A stretch of 64,000 nucleotides of DNA from Clostridia bacterium. GTDB taxonomy: Bacteria > Bacillota > Clostridia > TANB77 > CAG-508. The stretch lies in NCBI GenBank assembly GCA_045643205.1, contig JAZUKI010000007.1, positions 1-64,000 of the forward strand, written 5' to 3'. Under the pieces are notes generated by a model. The model saw nothing but the letters and a program-made list of their open reading frames with translations. It searched no databases and was not told the DNA's origin. A program made the translations under genes and the position numbers. Of the stretch, positions 60,201 to 64,000 are shown piece by piece. Position 1 is the stretch's first letter. Every line of letters begins with the position of its first letter.

Positions 60201-60886
60201 TTACTATATTTTAGTATACTTTCACCCCAAGGTGTTTCACTAAATTCTTCAACATTTTTTAGTTCAAACTTATTAATTGCTTCTTCTAACCATTTATGTG
60301 GAAATGGTACTGAAGATGTAAAACTATAAATTTCATCTATTAAATCTTTTAAAGGTGTATCATCTTTATAATTTGTATATTTTTCAAGTAAGCTTAAAAA
60401 AGTTTTATCTTTTGCTTCATATTTATCTTCAAAAACTTTTTCCATTGCTTCTTGTTTAATGATTTCATTTTCACTATCATCAGCAATTCTAAAATTGGCT
60501 GATAAGTTAGTTTCAAAGAAATTATTTCTAATTACATCCAAACAAAAAGAATGGATAGTTGATATATGAGCACGATTAATCAAGCTAATTTGTTTTTGAA
60601 GGTTTTCATTATCAGGGTCTTCATCTAATTTTTTGTATAATGCTTTTAGAAGTCTTTCTTTCATTTCACTTGCTGCAGCATTAGTAAATGTAACAACTAA
60701 AAGGTCATCCACGTTTACATTATCATTTAAAATTTTTCTTACAATTCTTTCAATTAATACTGTTGTTTTACCGCTACCGGCAGCAGCACTAACTAAAAAA
60801 TTTGCACCCTTATCTTCAATTGCTTGAATTTGTTCGTCAGTCCATTTTTTTTCATTAGCCTGACTTTGCTCTTTTGTCTTATCCAT
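57230..60886 (-). CDS. addA: Helicase-exonuclease AddAB subunit A
   Basis: WT.EQ, AAAGSGKT, TFTNAAA.EM, DEYQD, VGDVKQSIYRFR, IHKSKGLEF, QG.IDL, DYKTD. Confidence 0.95.
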   Translation of the reverse strand: MDKTKEQSQANEKKWTDEQIQAIEDKGANFLVSAAAGSGKTTVLIERIVRKILNDNVNVDDLLVVTFTNAAASEMKERLLKALYKKLDEDPDNENLQKQISLINRAHISTIHSFCLDVIRNNFFETNLSANFRIADDSENEIIKQEAMEKVFEDKYEAKDKTFLSLLEKYTNYKDDTPLKDLIDEIYSFTSSVPFPHKWLEEAINKFELKNVEEFSETPWGESILKYSKEKFETEAINANQIRDRIKDYTNLAPWISTVDEDIKMIESFNISTWDEAYKTANAINKSFQTWSSSKRGLNDEEIEIKNRAKEDRDIIKKKIKNITEKYFKFDSRQAIDDIREMYPTLIALRNLLYDFEKEYNRRKMEKNIIDFNDIEHIALNLLIDENGEKTEIAKKYSFNEILVDEYQDSNLIQESILSSVSNGHNIFMVGDVKQSIYRFREARPELFQEKYEKYDLAIQGETNLNNPSKVQLYKNFRSRKQILDFTNTIFQFIMSKDLGEMDYTEEEYLNYGANYEEPSFDVSTEMYVIEKNKKEPTQDIWKDEENDLNIENEDEEENEIEEEVVEWSTLEADLLCTKIKELHDQGVQYRDMCILMRSPSTMAPIFEKEMIESNIPVFTDVGSDYLHTIEIDTILSLLNVIDNPLQDIQLITAMRSPIGGFNDNDLVDIRLFDRENNFYYALQKAYVELNPADINHKDLDLIEVRLFEKIRDFLNLIDDLRKKEKVMPLDELIWYIYVKTGYYHYVRMMPNGKIRQANLRKLFEKAKEYESISFKGLFNFITFIERVASKPKNTIGAAKIIGENEDVVRIMSIHKSKGLEFPVVFLCGVGKQFNLTDLSNKVILNQDLGLGVDFINEYTRYPTLAKEAINIKARNEMVSEEMRLLYVALTRAKEKLLIIGSDKKAEEKYNKKGEEIKKFFGFNKHEKLSSKIVSKYARYIDWIELVNQATDKLNLKINFVSREDIERPASDEDINKIDLRKLEVNLDKAKYQQIDELLKWEYKDKVRIDLQSKTSVTALKNSNLKFEDSEVVLLDSLNDEQESFNENTFQTFDELKIDKEEELTSAHKGTLIHKALEKIEDEDIERLIEKLKLKEFEKEYLIKDKKIIENYIESDLFKALKEAKEIHKETPFYMNIDYEGTGEKILIQGVIDLYYIDKDGDLILVDYKTDHNVDEKVLKERYSNQLNMYKIAIEKSTHRKVAQKVIYSTYLNKLVEI

Positions 60887-60916
60887 TCTACTTTCCAGTC
60901 CTATAAATTTTTATAT

Positions 60917-61897
60917 TTATTTTCCGAAAACTTGATGATTTTCTATTTGATTACCATTTAAATAATCTCTAACAGACATTCTTTTTGAATTTTCTGCTTG
61001 AACTTCTTGAATTAATATTGTTTTTTCACCTGTTTGAACTAATATTCCTTCTGGTGTAATATCAAGAATTTCACCAGGTGTCATTGAATATTTTTCAGCA
61101 GTTACACGTGTATATGTTTTCCAAATTTTTAATTTTTTTCCATTTAAGAATGTATATGCTCCCATAATTGGATCAAGTCCTCTAACTAAGTTGTGAATTT
61201 CATTTGCTGTTTTGTTCCAATCTATTAAAGCCATTTCTTTATTTAACATTGGTGCTAATGTATAATCATCACCTTGTCTCTTTATTCCTATTGCAGATTT
61301 TAATTGATTAACATTTTCTATAACTCTTGTTTCAGTTACTGATCTTATTTTATCAATTGTTTCAATTAAAAGATTTGCTCCTAGTTTAGACATTCTCTTC
61401 CAAAGTTGTCCTGTTGTTTCTTCATAATCTATTGGTGTTTCAACTCTAAGAATCATGTCTCCTGTATCCATTCCTGCATCCATAAACATTGTTGTTATTC
61501 CTGTTGTATGGTCTCCGTTTAAAACAGCCCATTGAATTGGTGCAGCGCCTCTGTATTTTGGAAGTAATGATCCATGAACATTTACACATCCATATCTTGG
61601 AATATCAAGTAATTCTTGTGGAAGTATTTTTCCATATGCAACAACTACTATTAATTCTGGATTCATTTCTTTAATTTCATTCATGAATTCTTCATTGTTT
61701 TTTATTTTTTCTGGTTGTATTACCTTTAAACCTTTTTCTTCTGCAAAAACTTTTACAGGTGATGGTTCTAATTTCATTCCTCTTCCTGATGGTGAGTCAA
61801 CTTTAGTTACTACTGCTAAAATATTGTGTCCTGCATCATATAATGCTTCTAAAGATTCTACAGCAAAATCAGGTGTTCCCATAAATAATATATTCAT
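60917..61897 (-). CDS. fmt: Methionyl-tRNA formyltransferase
   Basis: FMGTPDFA, VAYG.IL, NVHGSLLPKYRGAAPIQ, MD.GMDTGD. Confidence 0.96.
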   Translation of the reverse strand: MNILFMGTPDFAVESLEALYDAGHNILAVVTKVDSPSGRGMKLEPSPVKVFAEEKGLKVIQPEKIKNNEEFMNEIKEMNPELIVVVAYGKILPQELLDIPRYGCVNVHGSLLPKYRGAAPIQWAVLNGDHTTGITTMFMDAGMDTGDMILRVETPIDYEETTGQLWKRMSKLGANLLIETIDKIRSVTETRVIENVNQLKSAIGIKRQGDDYTLAPMLNKEMALIDWNKTANEIHNLVRGLDPIMGAYTFLNGKKLKIWKTYTRVTAEKYSMTPGEILDITPEGILVQTGEKTILIQEVQAENSKRMSVRDYLNGNQIENHQVFGK

Positions 61898-62000
61898 AAT
61901 TATCTCCTATCTTTTCTTAAGTATTTTTATCTATTGATTTAAATTAATTATCTAGTTGTTGTTCTATATATAGTCGTTCTACATATTTAAAATTATTTAA

Positions 62001-62480
62001 TTATTGATCTAAATATTCTAATGTTCCTGGCTCCATTAAATCAACAAATAAAGTTCCGTCTAAATGATTTATTTCATGGCATAAGCATTGTGCTAATAAA
62101 TCTTCTCCTTGAATAGTAATTTCTTTTCCGTTTTCATCTAATGCTTTAACAGTTACTTTTTTAGGTCTTCTTACCATAGCAAATTTGTTAGGAAAACTTA
62201 AACATCCTTCTTGGCATTCATGTGTTTCTCTAGATTCTTTTACTATTACTGGATTAACTAGTTTTAATGGTTTATGTTCATCATCATACCAAACATCAAC
62301 TGTTACTAGTCTTTTTAAAATTCCGACTTGAACAGCTGAAAGTCCTACTCCATTGCTGGCATGCATTGTTTCAACCATATCATCTAAAAGTTCTCTAATT
62401 CTATCATCTACGATTTCAACTTCTCTTGATTTTTTTCTAAGAATTTCATCCCCTTCAAATCTTAAATTTCTAATTGCCAT
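62001..62480 (-). CDS. def: Peptide deformylase
   Basis: [24 protein letters not shown]. Confidence 0.95.
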   Translation of the reverse strand: MAIRNLRFEGDEILRKKSREVEIVDDRIRELLDDMVETMHASNGVGLSAVQVGILKRLVTVDVWYDDEHKPLKLVNPVIVKESRETHECQEGCLSFPNKFAMVRRPKKVTVKALDENGKEITIQGEDLLAQCLCHEINHLDGTLFVDLMEPGTLEYLDQ

Positions 62481-62513
62481 TTTTTACTCCTTTATACATA
62501 TCTTGTACATATT

Positions 62514-64000
62514 TTATAACATATTATTTGGATTTAACTCTATAGCTAGTCTTGCTGTTAAAACCTTCATATTATAAAAGGTTTCTAGAGCTCCATTCAT
62601 TAAATCATTAATTTTCTCATCATATTTGCATTTTACTATCATTCTCATTCTATACCTATCTTTAATTTTATCAATTGGTGATGGCACAGGAGAATATAAT
62701 AAAACTCCAAATTTTTCATTTATAACTCTGTCTTTTAAATAAGCATGTAGCGTATTAGCTACTTTTATTAGTTCATTCTTGCTTTTTGAAGACATTTCAG
62801 CTACGATTATATCACAGAAAGGTGGGTATTTCAACGACTTGCGGACTTCAAGCTCTGTGTCAAAAAATTCTTCATAATTCTGAGTTTTTGCTAATTCTAT
62901 TGCATAATGTTCTGGATTATATGTTTGAACAATTACTCGTCCTGCTATTTCTCCTCTTCCTGCTCTACCTGCAACTTGAGTTAGAGTTTGGAAAGTTCTC
63001 TCTGATGCTCTAAAATCTTCAAAGTTTAATTCTGTATCAGCAGCAACAACTCCTACTAAAGTTACATTTGGAAAATCATGGCCTTTAACAACCATTTGTG
63101 TTCCTATTAAAATATTTATGTTTTCATCTTTAAATTTTTTAAGAATTTCTTCGTGTGAATTCTTTTTCGAAACTGTATCTGAATCCATTCTTATTGTAGT
63201 TGAATTTGGAAATAAACTTTTTATTTCTTCTTCAAGCTTTTGAGTTCCTGCTCCGAATGTTCTAATGTTTTTACTATGACAATTTGGACATTCATTTACC
63301 ATTTCTCTTTCGTTTCCACAATAATGGCATTTCAATTTGTTTTCATATTTATGATATGTAAGAGTTATATTGCATCTGTCACATTTAATTGTTTCACCAC
63401 AATCTCTGCACATAATAAATGAAGCAAATCCTCTTCTATTTAAAAACAAAATTGTTTGTTGATTATTATCTAAATTACTTTGTATTTCATCTCTTAGTTT
63501 TTCACTAATCATTGATTTATTGCCATTAGCTAATTCATCTCTTAAATCCACAATATCAACAGTTGGAAGTGTGGATTTGTTTGCTCTATTTCTAATTGTT
63601 AATAATTTTATTTCATCTTGTTTTGCTTTGTAAAAACTTTTCATACTAGGTGTTGCACTGCCTAAAACAAGTGGTACACCAACTTTATCTTTTATATATT
63701 CTGCAATTTCAATTGCATTATATCTTGGATTACTTTCAGATTCATATGATTCATCATGTTCTTCGTCAATTACTATTAATCCTAAATTTTGTACTGGTGC
63801 AAAAATTGCTGATCTTGCTCCTATTATAATTTTTGCTTTTCCTTCTTTGATTTTCATCCATTGGTCAAATCTCTCTCCAATAGATAATTTGCTATGAAGT
63901 ACTGCAATGTTTTCTTCACCAAATCTTGCAATAAATCTATCAACTGTTTGTGGAGTTAACGAGATTTCTGGAACAAGCATAATACTTGATTTTCCTCTTT
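62514..64000 (-). CDS. priA: Primosomal protein N' (5' part beyond window end)
   Basis: LVPEISLTPQ, IDEEH, GSATP, LNRRG, zinc CxxC pairs, GTQM..KG.DF, QVAGRAGR. Confidence 0.96.
   Translation of the reverse strand, partial: RGKSSIMLVPEISLTPQTVDRFIARFGEENIAVLHSKLSIGERFDQWMKIKEGKAKIIIGARSAIFAPVQNLGLIVIDEEHDESYESESNPRYNAIEIAEYIKDKVGVPLVLGSATPSMKSFYKAKQDEIKLLTIRNRANKSTLPTVDIVDLRDELANGNKSMISEKLRDEIQSNLDNNQQTILFLNRRGFASFIMCRDCGETIKCDRCNITLTYHKYENKLKCHYCGNEREMVNECPNCHSKNIRTFGAGTQKLEEEIKSLFPNSTTIRMDSDTVSKKNSHEEILKKFKDENINILIGTQMVVKGHDFPNVTLVGVVAADTELNFEDFRASERTFQTLTQVAGRAGRGEIAGRVIVQTYNPEHYAIELAKTQNYEEFFDTELEVRKSLKYPPFCDIIVAEMSSKSKNELIKVANTLHAYLKDRVINEKFGVLLYSPVPSPIDKIKDRYRMRMIVKCKYDEKINDLMNGALETFYNMKVLTARLAIELNPNNML

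Overview
Very AT-rich chromosomal window from a genome-reduced Clostridia bacterium. The 16S 5' end and gene content suggest the TANB77 / Clostridia UCG-014 lineage (recalled similarity, not a database result). Almost all genes, three tRNAs and the start of an rRNA operon lie on the minus strand. Content is mostly housekeeping: translation and tRNA modification (lepA, rlmB, tsaBE, pheST with a Phe T-box, tgt, queA, ileS, glyQS, alaS, miaA, fmt, def), repair (mutL, addA, priA), division (divIVA, sepF), and yajC-secD-secF. Lineage-specific membrane/repeat proteins and an accessory stretch (about 34.8-44.6 kb) are interspersed. No integrase, transposase or CRISPR array was seen. Most notable observations: (1) unrelated accessory proteins end in charged tails resembling conjugative type IV secretion C-terminal signals; (2) SecD/SecF lack the proton-relay residues and SecF is truncated; (3) a RelB/DinJ-type domain is fused to a degenerate Nudix domain; (4) two tandem acetate kinases share active-site substitutions; (5) a hairpin separates the mutL Shine-Dalgarno from its start; (6) pheST plus T-box may be horizontally acquired; (7) many usual neighbour genes are missing.
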